Shown here piece after piece: positions 12,001 to 27,000 of a DNA stretch of 64,000 bases. This DNA comes from Auanema rhodensis (lineage: Eukaryota; Animalia; Nematoda), in NCBI GenBank assembly GCA_964057225.1, contig OZ059896.1, positions 3,286,001 through 3,350,000 on the forward strand, given 5' to 3'. The notes beneath the pieces are model-generated. The model did not search any database. It was not told the DNA's origin and saw only the letters and a list, made by a program, of their open reading frames with translations. Made by a program: the position numbers and the translations under genes. Numbering within the stretch: the stretch's first letter is position 1; every line of letters starts with the position of its first letter.

Positions 12001-15000
12001 GAAACGCTCAATACAAAAATTAGTTATGATCGTTTGAAAAATGATGCATTAGTGTATGTTGAGTTTCCATGTACACTCAAAATTGCTTCCAAAAACATTT
12101 TGACAAAATTTTTTCGAAAAATTTCAAAATAATTTCGCAAAAAGTAGATGTTTTTAGATTCCTTTTTTTGAGGCAAAAACGATGGACAATGTTATTCAAC
12201 GAAAAAATTAATTCTTCAGGGTGAAAATCGAGGATATAAGTGTGAACTTATATCAGTTGATATCTCGGTGCATTTTTAAGCTAGCGCAAATCTGATAACA
12301 CAGATCGACGCAGCTTAAAAATCCGCATCGAATGCATTATACTACATGGAGAAACGCTCATCACAAAAATTAGTTATGATCGTTTGAAAAATGATGCATT
12401 AGTGTATGTTGAGTTTCCATGTACACTCAACATTGCTTCCAAAAACATTTTGACAAAATTTTTTCGAAAAATTTCAAAATAATTTCGCAAAAAGTAGATG
12501 TTTTTAGATTCCTTTTTTTGAGGCAAAAACGATGGACAATGTTATTCAACGAAAAAATTAATTCTTCAGGGTGAAAATCGAGGATATAAGTGTGAACTTA
12601 TATCAGTTAATATCTCGGTGCATTTTTAAGCTAGCGCAAATCTGATAACACAGATCGACGCAGCTTAAAAAACCGCATCGAATGCACTATATTACATTGA
12701 GAAAAGCTTAATACAAAAATTAGTTATGATCGTTTGAAAAATGATGCATTAGTGTATGTTGAGTTTCCATGTACACTCAAAATTGCTTCCAAAAACATTT
12801 TGACAAAAATTTTTTCGAAAAATTTCAAAATAATTTAGCAAAAAGTAGATGTTTTTAGATTCCTTTTTTTAAAGCAAAAACGATGGACAATGTTATTCAA
12901 CGAAAAAATTAATTCTTCAGGGTGAAAATCGAGGATATAAGTGTGAACTTATATCAGTTAATATCTCGGTGCATTTTTAAGCTAGCGCAAATCTGATAAC
13001 ACAGATCGACGCAGCTTAAAAATCCGCATCGAATGCACTATATTACATAGAGAAACGCTCAATACAAAAATTAGTTATGATCGTTTGAAAAATGATGCAT
13101 TAGTGTATGTTGAGTTTCCATGTACACTCAAAATTGCTTCCAAAAACATTTTGACAAAAATTTTTTCGAAAAATTTCAAAATAATTTAGCAAAAAGTAGA
13201 TGTTTTTAGATTCCTTTTTTTAAAGCAAAAACGATGGACAATGTTATTCAACGAAAAAATTAATTCTTCAGGGTGAAAATCGAGGATATAAGTGTGAACT
13301 TATATCAGTTAATATCTCGGTGCATTTTTAAGCTAGCGCAAATCTGATAACACAGATCGACGCAGCTTAAAAATCCGCATCGAATGCACTATATTACATA
13401 GAGAAACGCTCAATACAAAAATTAGTTATGATCGTTTGAAAAATGATGCATTAGTGTATGTTGAGTTTCCATGTACACTCAAAATTGCTTCCAAAAACAT
13501 TTTGACAAAAATTTTTTCGAAAAATTTCAAAATAATTTAGCAAAAAGTAGATGTTTTTAGATTCCTTCTTTTAAGGCAAAAACGATGGACAATGTTATTC
13601 AACGAAAAAATTAATTCTTCAGGGTGAAAATCGAGGATATAAGTGTGAACTTATATCAGTTGATATCTCGGTGCATTTTTAAGCTAGCGCAAATCTGATA
13701 ACACAGATCGAAGCAGCTTAAAAATCCGCATCGAATGCATTATACTACATGGAGAAACGCTCATCACAAAAATTAGTTATGATCGTTTGAAAAATGATGC
13801 ATTAGTGTATGTTGAGTTTCCATGTACACTCAACATTGCTTCCAAAAACATTTTGACAAAACTTTTTCGAAAAATTTCAAAATAATTTCGCAAAAAGTAG
13901 ATGTTTTTAGATTCCTTTTTTTGAGGCAAAAACGATGGACAATGTTATTCAACGAAAAAATTAATTCTTCAGGGTGAAAATCGAGGATATAAGTGTGAAC
14001 TTATATCAGTTGATATCTCGGTGCATTTTTAAGCTAGCGCAAATCTGATAACATAGATCGACGCAGCTTAAAAGTCCGCATCGAATGCACTATATTACAT
14101 AGAGAAACGCTCAATACAAAAATTAGTTATGATCGTTTGAAAAATGATGCATTAGTGTATGTTGAGTTTCCATGTACACTCAACATTGCTTCCAAAAACA
14201 TTTTGACAAAAATTTTTTCGAAAAATTCCAAAATAATTTCGCAAAAAGTAGATGTTTTTAGATTCCTTTTTTGAGGCAAAAACGATGGACAATGTTATTC
14301 AACGAAAAAATTAATTCTTCAGGGTGAAAATCGAGGATATAAGTGTGAACTTATATCAGTTAATATCTCGGTGCATTTTTAAGCTAGCGCAAATCTGATA
14401 ACACAGATCGACGCAGCTTAAAAAACCGCATCGAATGCACTATATTACATTGAGAAAAGCTTAATACAAAAATTAGTTATGATCGTTTGAAAAATGATGC
14501 ATTAGTGTATGTTGAGTTTCCATGTACACTCAAAATTGCTTCCAAAAACATTTTGACAAAAATTTTTTCGAAAAATTTCAAAATAATTTAGCAAAAAGTA
14601 GATGTTTTTAGATTCCTTCTTTCAAGGCAAAAACGATGGACAATGTTATTCAACGAAAAAATTAATTCTTCAGGGTGAAAATCGAGGATATAAGTGTGAA
14701 CTTATATCAGTTGATATCTCGGTGCATTTTTAAGCTAGCGCAAATCTGATAACATAGATCGACGCAGCTTAAAAGTCCGCATCGAATGCACTATACTACA
14801 TTAAGAAAAGCTTAATACAAAAATTAGTTATGATCGTTTGAAAAATGATGCATTAGTGTATGTTGAGTTTCCATGTACACTCAACATTGCTTCCAAAAAC
14901 ATTTTGACAAAAATTTTTTCGAAAAATTTCAAAATAATTTAGCAAAAAGTAGATGTTTTTAGATTCCTTCTTTCAAGGCAAAAACGATGGACAATGTTAT

Positions 15001-18000
15001 TCAACGAAAAAATTAATTCTTCAGGGTGAAAATCGAGGATATAAGTGTGAACTTATATCAGTTGATATCTCGGTGCATTTTTAAGCTAGCGCAAATCTGA
15101 TAACATAGATCGACGCAGCTTAAAAGTCCGCATCGAATGCACTATATTACATAGAGAAACGCTCAATACAAAAATTAGTTATGATCGTTTGAAAAATGAT
15201 GCATTAGTGTATGTTGAGTTTCCATGTACACTCAACATTGCTTCCAAAAACATTTTGACAAAAATTTTTTCGAAAAATTTCAAAATAATTTCGCAAAAAG
15301 TAGATGTTTTTAGATTTCTTTTTTTGAGGCAAAAACGATGGACAATGTTATTCAACGAAAAAATTAATTCTTCAGGGTGAAAATCGAGGATATAAGTGTG
15401 AACTTATATCAGTTAATATCTCGGTGCATTTTTAAGCTAGCGCAAATCTGATAACACAGATCGACGCAGCTTAAAAAACCGCATCGAATGCACTATATTA
15501 CATTGAGAAAAGCTTAATACAAAAATTAGTTATGATCGTTTGAAAAATGATGCATTAGTGTATGTTGAGTTTCCATGTACACTCAAAATTGCTTCCAAAA
15601 ACATTTTGACAAAAATTTTTTCGAAAAATTTCAAAATAATTTAGCAAAAAGTAGATGTTTTTAGATTCCTTCTTTCAAGGCAAAAACGATGGACAATGTT
15701 ATTCAACGAAAAAATTAATTCTTCAGGGTGAAAATCGAGGATATAAGTGTGAACTTATATCAGTTGATATCTCGGTGCATTTTTAAGCTAGCGCAAATCT
15801 GATAACATAGATCGACGCAGCTTAAAAGTCCGCATCGAATGCACTATACTACATTAAGAAAAGCTTAATACAAAAATTAGTTATGATCGTTTGAAAAATG
15901 ATGCATTAGTGTATGTTGAGTTTCCATGTACACTCAAAATTGCTTCCAAAAACATTTTGACAAAAATTTTTTCGAAAAATTTCAAAATAATTTAGCAAAA
16001 AGTAGATGTTTTTAGATTCCTTTTTTCGAGGCAAAAACGATGGACAATGTTATTCAACGAAAAAATTAATTCTTCAGGGTGAAAATCGAGGATATAAGTG
16101 TGAACTTATATCAGTTGATATCTCGGTGCATTTTTAAGCTAGCGCAAATCTGATAACACAGATCGAAGCAGCTTAAAAATCCGCATCGAATGCACTATAA
16201 TACATTAAGAAACGCTCAATACAAAAATTAGTTATGATCGTTTGAAAAATGATGCATTAGTGTATGTTGAGTTTCCATGTACACTCAAAATTGCTTCCAA
16301 AAACATTTTGACAAAAATTTTTTCGAAAAATTTCGAGATAATTTAGCAAAAAGTAGATGTTTTTAGATTCCTTCTTTCAAGGCAAAAACGATGGACGATG
16401 TTATTCAACGAAAAAATTAATTCTTCAGGGTGAAAATCGAGAATATAAGTGTGAACTTATATCAGTTAATATCTCGGTGCATTTTTAAGCTAGCGCAAAT
16501 CTGATAACACAGATCGACGCAGCTTAAAAATCCGCATCGAATGCATTATACTACATGGAGAAACGCTCATCACAAAAATTAGTTATGATCGTTTGAAAAA
16601 TGATGCATTAGTGTATGTTGAGTTTCCATGTACACTCAACATTGCTTCCAAAAACATTTTGACAAAATTTTTTCGAAAAATTTCAAAATAATTTCGCAAA
16701 AAATAGATGTTTTTAGATTCCTTTTTTTGAGGCAAAAACGATGGACAATGTTATTCAACGAAAAAATTAATTCTTCAGGGTGAAAATCGAGGATATAAGT
16801 GTGAACTTATATCAGTTAATATCTCGGTGCATTTTTAAGCTAGCGCAAATCTGATAACACAGATCGACGCAGCTTAAAAATCCGCATCGAATGCACTATA
16901 TTACATAGAGAAACGCTTAATACAAAAATTAGTTATGATCGTTTGAAAAATGATGCATTAGTGTATGTTGAGTTTCCATGTACACTCAACATTGCTTCCA
17001 AAAACATTTTGACAAAAATTTTTTCGAAAAATTTCAGAATAATTTAGCAAAAAGTAGATGTTTTTAGATTCCTTTTCTCAAGGCAAAAACGATGGACAAT
17101 GTTATTCAACGAAAAAATTAATTCTTCAGGGTGAAAATCGAGGATATAAGTGTGAACTTATATCAGTTGATATCTCGGTGCATTTTTAAGCTAGCGCAAA
17201 TCTGATAACATAGATCGACGCAGCTTAAAAGTCCGCATCGAATGCACTATATTACATAGAGAAACGCTCAATACAAAAATTAGTTATGATCGTTTGAAAA
17301 ATGATGCATTAGTGTATGTTGAGTTTCCATGTACACTCAACATTGCTTCCAAAAACATTTTGACAAAAATTTTTTCGAAAAATTTCAAAATAATTTCGCA
17401 AAAAGTAGATGTTTTTAGATTCCTTTTTTTGAGGCAAAAACGATGGACAATGTTATTCAACGAAAAAATTAATTCTTCAGGGTGAAAATCGAGGATATAA
17501 GTGTGAACTTATATCAGTTAATATCTGGGTGCATTTTTAAGCTAGCGCAAATCTGATAACACAGATCGACGCAGCTTAAAAAACCGCATCGAATGCACTA
17601 TATTACATTGAGAAAAGCTTAATACAAAAATTAGTTATGATCGTTTGAAAAATGATGCATTAGTGTATGTTGAGTTTCCATGTACACTCAAAATTGCTTC
17701 CAAAAACATTTTGACAAAAATTTTTTCGAAAAATTTCAAAATAATTTAGCAAAAAGTAGATGTTTTTAGATTCCTTCTTTCGAGGCAAAAACGATGGACA
17801 ATGTTATTCAACGAAAAAATTAATTCTTCAGGGTGAAAATCGAGGATATAAGTGTGAACTTATATCAGTTGATATCTCGGTGCATTTTTAAGCTAGCGCA
17901 AATCTGATAACATAGATCGACGCAGCTTAAAAGTCCGCATCGAATGCACTATACTACATTAAGAAAAGCTTAATACAAAAATTAGTTATGATCGTTTGAA

Positions 18001-21000
18001 AAATGATGCATTAGTGTATGTTGAGTTTCCATGTACACTCAAAATTGCTTCCAAAAACATTTTGACAAAAATTTTTTCGAAAAATTTCAAAATAATTTAG
18101 CAAAAAGTAGATGTTTTTAGATTCCTTCTTTCAAGGCAAAAACGATGGACGATGTTATTCAACGAAAAAATTAATTCTTCAGGGTGAAAATCGAGGATAT
18201 AAGTGTGAACTTATATCAGTTGATATCTCGGTGCATTTTTAAGCTAGCGCAAATCTGATAACATAGATCGACGCAGCTTAAAAGTCCGCATCGAATGCAC
18301 TATAATACATTAAGAAACGCTCAATACAAAAATTAATTATGATCGTTTGAAAAATGATGCATTAGTGTATGTTGAGTTTCCATGTACACTCAAAATTGCT
18401 TCCAAAAACATTTTGACAAAAATTTTTTCGAAAAATTTCGAGATAATTTAGCAAAAAGTAGATGTTTTTAGATTCCTTCTTTCAAGGCAAAAACGATGGA
18501 CGATGTTATTCAACGAAAAAATTAATTCTTCAGGGTGAAAATCGAGAATATAAGTGTGAACTTATATCAGTTAATATCTCGGTGCATTTTTAAGCTAGCG
18601 CAAATCTGATAACACAGATCGACGCAGCTTAAAAATCCGCATCGAATGCATTATACTACATGGAGAAACGCTCATCACAAAAATTAGTTATGATCGTTTG
18701 AAAAATGATGCATTAGTGTATGTTGAGTTTCCATGTACACTCAACATTGCTTCCAAAAACATTTTGACAAAATTTTTTCGAAAAATTTCAAAATAATTTC
18801 GCAAAAAGTAGATGTTTTTAGATTCCTTTTTTTGAGGCAAAAACGATGGACAATGTTATTCAACGAAAAAATTAATTCTTCAGGGTGAAAATCGAGGATA
18901 TAAGTGTGAACTTATATCAGTTAATATCTCGGTGCATTTTTAAGCTAGCGCAAATCTGATAACACAGATCGACGCAGCTTAAAAATCCGTATCGAATGCA
19001 CTATATTACATAGAGAAACGCTTAATACAAAAATTAGTTATGATCGTTTGAAAAATGATGCATTAGTGTATGTTGAGTTTCCATGTACACTCAACATTGC
19101 TTCCAAAAACATTTTGACAAAAATTTTTTCGAAAAATTTCAGAATAATTTAGCAAAAAGTAGATGTTTTTAGATTCCTTTTCTCAAGGCAAAAACGATGG
19201 ACAATGTTATTCAACGAAAAAATTAATTCTTCAGGGTGAAAATCGAGGATATAAGTGTGAACTTATATCAGTTGATATCTCGGTGCATTTTTAAGCTAGC
19301 GCAAATCTGATAACATAGATCGACGCAGCTTAAAAGTCCGCATCGAATGCACTATACTACATTAAGAAAAGCTTAATACAAAAATTAGTTATGATCGTTT
19401 GAAAAATGATGCATTAGTGTATGTTGAGTTTCCATGTACACTCAAAATTGCTTCCAAAAACATTTTGACAAAAATTTTTTCGAAAAATTTCAAAATAATT
19501 TAGCAAAAAGTAGATGTTTTTAGATTCCTTTTTTCAAGGCAAAAACGATGGACAATGTTATTCAACGAAAAAATTAATTCTTCAGGGTGAAAATCGAGGA
19601 TATAAGTGTGAACTTATATCAGTTGATATCTCGGTGCATTTTTAAGCTAGCGCAAATCTGATAACATAGATCGACGCAGCTTAAAAATCCGCATCGAATG
19701 CACTATATTACATAGAGAAACGCTTAATACAAAAATTAGTTATGATCGTTTGAAAAATGATGCATTAGTGTATGTTGAGTTTCCATGTACACTCAACATT
19801 GCTTCCAAAAACATTTTGACAAAAATTTTTTCGAAAAATTTCAAAATAATTTAGCAAAAAGTAGATGTTTTTAGATTCCTTTTTTCAAGGCAAAAACGAT
19901 GGACAATGTTATTCAACGAAAAAATTAATTCTTCAGGGTGAAAATCGAGGATATAAGTGTGAACTTATATCAGTTGATATCTCGGTGCATTTTTAAGCTA
20001 GCGCAAATCTGATAACATAGATCGACGCAGCTTAAAAGTCCGCATCGAATGCACTATACTACATTAAGAAAAGCTTAATACAAAAATTAGTTATGATCGT
20101 TTGAAAAATGATGCATTAGTGTATGTTGAGTTTCCATGTACACTCAAAATTGCTTCCAAAAACATTTTGACAAAAATTTTTTCGAAAAATTTCAAAATAA
20201 TTTAGCAAAAAGTAGATGTTTTTAGATTCCTTCTTTCAAGGCAAAAACGATGGACGATGTTATTCAACGAAAAAATTAATTCTTCAGGGTGAAAATCGAG
20301 AATATAAGTGTGAACTTATATCAGTTAATATCTCGGTGCATTTTTAAGCTAGCGCAAATCTGATAACACAGATCGACGCAGCTTAAAAATCCGCATCGAA
20401 TGCATTATACTACATGGAGAAACGCTCATCACAAAAATTAGTTATGATCGTTTGAAAAATGATGCATTAGTGTATGTTGAGTTTCCATGTACACTCAACA
20501 TTGCTTCCAAAAACATTTTGACAAAATTTTTTCGAAAAATTTCAAAATAATTTCGCAAAAAGTAGATGTTTTTAGATTCCTTTTTTTGAGGCAAAAACGA
20601 TGGACAATGTTATTCAACGAAAAAATTAATTCTTCAGGGTGAAAATCGAGGATATAAGTGTGAACTTATATCAGTTAATATCTCGGTGCATTTTTAAGCT
20701 AGCGCAAATCTGATAACACAGATCGACGCAGCTTAAAAATCCGCATCGAATGCATTATACTACATGGAGAAACGCTCATCACAAAAATTAGTTATGATCG
20801 TTTGAAAAATGATGCATTAGTGTATGTTGAGTTTCCATGTACACTCAACATTGCTTCCAAAAACATTTTGACAAAAATTTTTTCGAAAAATTTCAAAATA
20901 ATTTAGCAGAAAGTAGATGTTTTTAGATTCCTTTTTTCAAGGCAAAAACGATGGACAATGTTATTCAACGAAAAAATTAATTCTTCAGGGTGAAAATCGA

Positions 21001-24000
21001 GGATATAAGTGTGAACTTATATCAGTTGATATCTCGGTGCATTTTTAAGCTAGCGCAAATCTGATAACATAGATCGACGCAGCTTAAAAGTCCGCATCGA
21101 ATGCACTATACCACATTAAGAAAAGCTTAATACAAAAATTAGTTATGATCGTTTGAAAAATGATGCATTAGTGTATGTTGAGTTTCCATGTACACTCAAC
21201 ATTGCTTCCAAAAACATTTTGACAAAATTTTTTCGAAAAATTTCAAAATAATTTCGCAAAAAGTAGATGTTTTTAGATTCCTTTTTTTGAGGCAAAAACG
21301 ATGGACAATGTTATTCAACGAAAAAATTAATTCTTCAGGGTGAAAATCGAGGATATAAGTGTGAACTTATATCAGTTGATATCTCGGTGCATTTTTAAGC
21401 TAGCGCAAATCTGATAACATAGATCGACGCAGCTTAAAAGTCCGCATCGAATGCACTATACTACATTAAGAAAAGCTTAATACAAAAATTAGTTATAATC
21501 GTTTGAAAAATGATGCATTAGTGTATGTTGAGTTTCCATGTACACTCAAAATTGCTTCCAAAAACATTTTGACAAAAATTTTTTCGAAAAATTTCAAAAT
21601 AATTTAGCAAAAAGTAGATGTTTTTAGATTCCTTTTTTTGAGGCAAAAACGATGGACAATGTTATTCAACGAAAAAATTAATTCTTCAGGGTGAAAATCG
21701 AGGATATAAGTGTGAACTTATATCAGTTGATATCTCGGTGCATTTTTAAGCTAGCGCAAATCTGATAACACAGATCGAAGCAGCTTAAAAATCCGCATCG
21801 AATGCATTATACTACATGGAGAAACGCTCATCACAAAAATTAGTTATGATCGTTTGAAAAATGATGCATTAGTGTATGTTGAGTTTCCATGTACACTCAA
21901 CATTGCTTCCAAAAACATTTTGACAAAATTTTTTCGAAAAATTTCAAAATAATTTCGCAAAAAGTAGATGTTTTTAGATTCCTTTTTTTGAGGCAAAAAC
22001 GATGGACAATGTTATTCAACGAAAAAATTAATTCTTCAGGGTGAAAATCGAGGATATAAGTGTGAACTTATATCAGTTGATATCTCGGTGCATTTTTAAG
22101 CTAGCGCAAATCTGATAACATAGATCGACGCAGCTTAAAAGTCCGCATCGAATGCACTATACTACATTAAGAAAAGCTTAATACAAAAATTAGTTATGAT
22201 CGTTTGAAAAATGATGCATTAGTGTATGTTGAGTTTCCATGTACACTCAAAATTGCTTCCAAAAACATTTTGACAAAACTTTTTCGAAAAATTTCAAAAT
22301 AATTTCGCAAAAAGTAGATGTTTTTAGATTCCTTTTTTTGAGGCAAAAACGATGGACAATGTTATTCAACGAAAAAATTAATTCTTCAGGGTGAAAATCG
22401 AGGATATAAGTGTGAACTTATATCAGTTAATATCTCGGTGCATTTTTAAGCTAGCGCAAATCTGATAACACAGATCGACGCAGCTTAAAAAACCGCATCG
22501 AATGCACTATATGACATTGAGAAAAGCTTAATACAAAAATTAGTTATGATCGTTTGAAAAATGATGCATTAGTGTATGTTGAGTTTCCATGTACACTCAA
22601 AATTGCTTCCAAAAACATTTTGACAAAAATTTTTTCGAAAAATTTCAAAATAATTTAGCAAAAAGTAGATGTTTTTAGATTCCTTCTTTCAAGGCAAAAA
22701 CGATGGACAATGTTATTCAACGAAAAAATTAATTCTTCAGGGTGAAAATCGAGGATATAAGTGTGAACTTATATCAGTTGATATCTCGGTGCATTTTTAA
22801 GCTAGCGCAAATCTGATAACATAGATCGACGCAGCTTAAAAGTCCGCATCGAATGCACTATACTACATTAAGAAAAGCTTAATACAAAAATTAGTTATGA
22901 TCGTTTGAAAAATGATGCATTAGTGTATGTTGAGTTTCCATGTACACTCAAAATTGCTTCCAAAAACATTTTGACAAAAATTTTTTCGAAAAATTTCAAA
23001 ATAATTTAGCAAAAAGTAGATGTTTTTAGATTCCTTTTTTCAAGGCAAAAACGATGGACAATGTTATTCAACGAAAAAATTAATTCTTCAGGGTGAAAAT
23101 CGAGGATATAAGTGTGAACTTATATCAGTTGATATCTCGGTGCATTTTTAAGCTAGCGCAAATCTGATAACACAGATCGAAGCAGCTTAAAAATCCGCAT
23201 CGAATGCACTATAATACATTAAGAAACGCTCGATACAAAAATTAGTTATGATCGTTTGAAAAATGATGCATTAGTGTATGTTGAGTTTCCATGTACACTC
23301 AACATTGCTTCCAAAAACATTTTGACAAAAATTTTTTCGAAATATTTCAAAATAATTTAGCAAAAAGTAGATGTTTTTAGATTCCTTCTTTCAAGGCAAA
23401 AACGATGGACAATGTTATTCAACGAAAAAATTAATTCTTCAGGGTGAAAATCGAGGATATAAGTGTGAACTTATATCAGTTGATATCTCGGTGCATTTTT
23501 AAGCTAGCGCAAATCTAATAACACAGATCGACGCAGCTTAAAAATCCGCATCGAATGCACTATATTACATTGAGGAAAGCTTAATACAAAAACTAGTTAT
23601 GATTGTTTGAAAAATGATGCATTAGTGTATGTTGAGTTTCCATGTACACTCAAAATTGCTTCCAAAAACATTTTGACAAAAATTTTTTCGAAAAATTTCA
23701 AAATAATTTAGCAAAAAGTAGATGTTTTTAGATTCCTTCTTTCAAGGCAAAAACGATGGACAATGTTATTCAACGAAAAAATTAATTCTTCAGGGTGAAA
23801 ATCGAGGATATAAGTGTGAACTTATATCAGTTGATATCTCGGTGCATTTTTAGGCTAGCGCAAATCTGATAACACAGATCGACGCAGCTTAAAAATCCGC
23901 ATCGAATGCATTATACTACATGGAGAAACGCTCATCACAAAAATTAGTTATGATCGTTTGAAAAATGATGCATTAGTGTATGTTGAGTTTCCATGTACAC

Positions 24001-24074
24001 TCAAAATTGCTTCCAAAAACATTTTGACAAAAATTTTTTCGAAAAATTTCAAAATAATTTAGCAAAAAGTAGAT

Positions 24075-27000
24075 ATTTTTAGATTCCTTTTTTCAAGGCA
24101 AAAACGATGGACAATGTTATTCAACGAAAAAATTAATTCTTCAGGGTGAAAATCGAGGATATAAGTGTGAACTTATATCAGTTGATATCTCGGTGCATTT
24201 TTAGGCTAGCGCAAATCTGATAACACAGATCGACGCAGCTTAAAAATCCGCATCGAATGCACTATATCACGTTGAGGAAAGCTTAATACAAAAATTAGTT
24301 ATGATCGTTTGAAAAATGATGCATTAGTGTATGTTGAGTTTCCATGTACACTCAAAATTGCTTCCAAAAACATTTTGACAAAAATTTTTTCGAAAAATTT
24401 CAAAATAATTTAGCAAAAAGTAGATGTTTTTAGATTCCTTCTTTCAAGGCAAAAACGATGGACAATGTTATTCAACGAAAAAATTAATTCTTCAGGGTGA
24501 AAATCGAGGATATAAGTGTGAACTTATATCAGTTGATATCTCGGTGCATTTTTAAGCTAGCGCAAATCTGATAACACAGATCGACGCAGCTTAAAAATCC
24601 GCATCGAATGCATTATACTACATGGAGAAACGCTCATCACAAAAATTAGTTATGATCGTTTGAAAAATGATGCATTAGTGTATGTTGAGTTTCCATGTAC
24701 ACTCAACATTGCTTCCAAAAACATTTTGACAAAATTTTTTCGAAAAATTTCAAAATAATTTCGCAAAAAGTAGATGTTTTTAGATTCCTTTTTTTGAGGC
24801 AAAAACGATGGACAATGTTATTCAACGAAAAAATTAATTCTTCAGGGTGAAAATCGAGGATATAAGTGTGAACTTATATCAGTTAATATCTCGGTGCATT
24901 TTTAAGCTAGCGCAAATCTGATAACACAGATCGACGCAGCTTAAAAGTCCGCATCGAATGCACTATACTACATTAAGAAAAGCTTAATACAAAAATTAGT
25001 TATGATCGTTTGAAAAATGATGCATTAGTGTATGTTGAGTTTCCATGTACACTCAAAATTGCTTCCAAAAACATTTTGACAAAAATTTTTTCGAAAAATT
25101 TCAAAATAATTTAGCAAAAAGTAGATGTTTTTAGATTCCTTCTTTCAAGGCAAAAACGATGGACAATGTTATTCAACGAAAAAATTAATTCTTCAGGGTG
25201 AAAATCGAGGATATAAGTGTGAACTTATATCAGTTGATATCTCGGTGCATTTTTAAGCTAGCGCAAATCTGATAACACAGATCGACGCAGCTTAAAAATC
25301 CGCATCGAATGCATTATACTACATGGAGAAACGCTCATCACAAAAATTAGTTATGATCGTTTGAAAAATGATGCATTAGTGTATGTTGAGTTTCCATGTA
25401 CACTCAACATTGCTTCCAAAAACATTTTGACAAAATTTTTTCGAAAAATTTCAAAATAATTTCGCAAAAAGTAGATGTTTTTAGATTCCTTTTTTTGAGG
25501 CAAAAACGATGGACAATGTTATTCAACGAAAAAATTAATTCTTCAGGGTGAAAATCGAGGATATAAGTGTGAACTTATATCAGTTAATATCTCGGTGCAT
25601 TTTTAAGCTAGCGCAAATCTGATAACACAGATCGACGCAGCTTAAAAGTCCGCATCCAATGCACTATACTACATTAAGAAAAGCTTAATACAAAAATTAG
25701 TTATGATCGTTTGAAAAATGATGCATTAGTGTATGTTGAGTTTCCATGTACACTCAAAATTGCTTCCAAAAACATTTTGACAAAAATTTTTTCGAAAAAT
25801 TTCAAAATAATTTAGCAAAAAGTAGATGTTTTTAGATTCCTTCTTTCAAGGCAAAAACGATGGACAATGTTATTCAACGAAAAAATTAATTCTTCAGGGT
25901 GAAAATCGAGGATATAAGTGTGAACTTATATCAGTTGATATCTCGGTGCATTTTTAAGCTAGCGCAAATCTGATAACACAGATCGACGCAGCTTAAAAAT
26001 CCGCATCGAATGCATTATACTACATGGAGAAACGCTCATCACAAAAATTAGTTATGATCGTTTGAAAAATGATGCATTAGTGTATGTTGAGTTTCCATGT
26101 ACACTCAACATTGCTTCCAAAAACATTTTGACAAAATTTTTTCGAAAAATTTCAAAATAATTTCGCAAAAAGTAGATGTTTTTAGATTCCTTTTTTTGAG
26201 GCAAAAACGATGGACAATGTTATTCAACGAAAAAATTAATTCTTCAGGGTGAAAATCGAGGATATAAGTGTGAACTTATATCAGTTAATATCTCGGTGCA
26301 TTTTTAAGCTAGCGCAAATCTGATAACACAGATCGACGCAGCTTAAAAGTCCGCATCCAATGCACTATACTACATTAAGAAAAGCTTAATACAAAAATTA
26401 GTTATGATCGTTTGAAAAATGATGCATTAGTGTATGTTGAGTTTCCATGTACACTCAAAATTGCTTCCAAAAACATTTTGACAAAAATTTTTTCGAAAAA
26501 TTTCAAAATAATTTAGCAAAAAGTAGATGTTTTTAGATTCCTTCTTTCAAGGCAAAAACGATGGACAATGTTATTCAACGAAAAAATTAATTCTTCAGGG
26601 TGAAAATCGAGGATATAAGTGTGAACTTATATCAGTTGATATCTCGGTGCATTTTTAAGCTAGCGCAAATCTGATAACACAGATCGACGCAGCTTAAAAA
26701 TCCGCATCGAATGCATTATACTACATGAAGAAACGCTCATCACAAAAATTAGTTATGATCGTTTGAAAAATGATGCATTAGTGTATGTTGAGTTTCCATG
26801 TACACTCAAAATTGCTTCCAAAAACATTTTGACAAAAATTTTTTCGAAAAATTTCAAAATAATTTAGCAAAAAGTAGATATTTTTAGATTCCTTTTTTCA
26901 AGGCAAAAACGATGGACAATGTTATTCAACGAAAAAATTAATTCTTCAGGGTGAAAATCGAGGATATAAGTGTGAACTTATATCAGTTGATATCTCGGTG

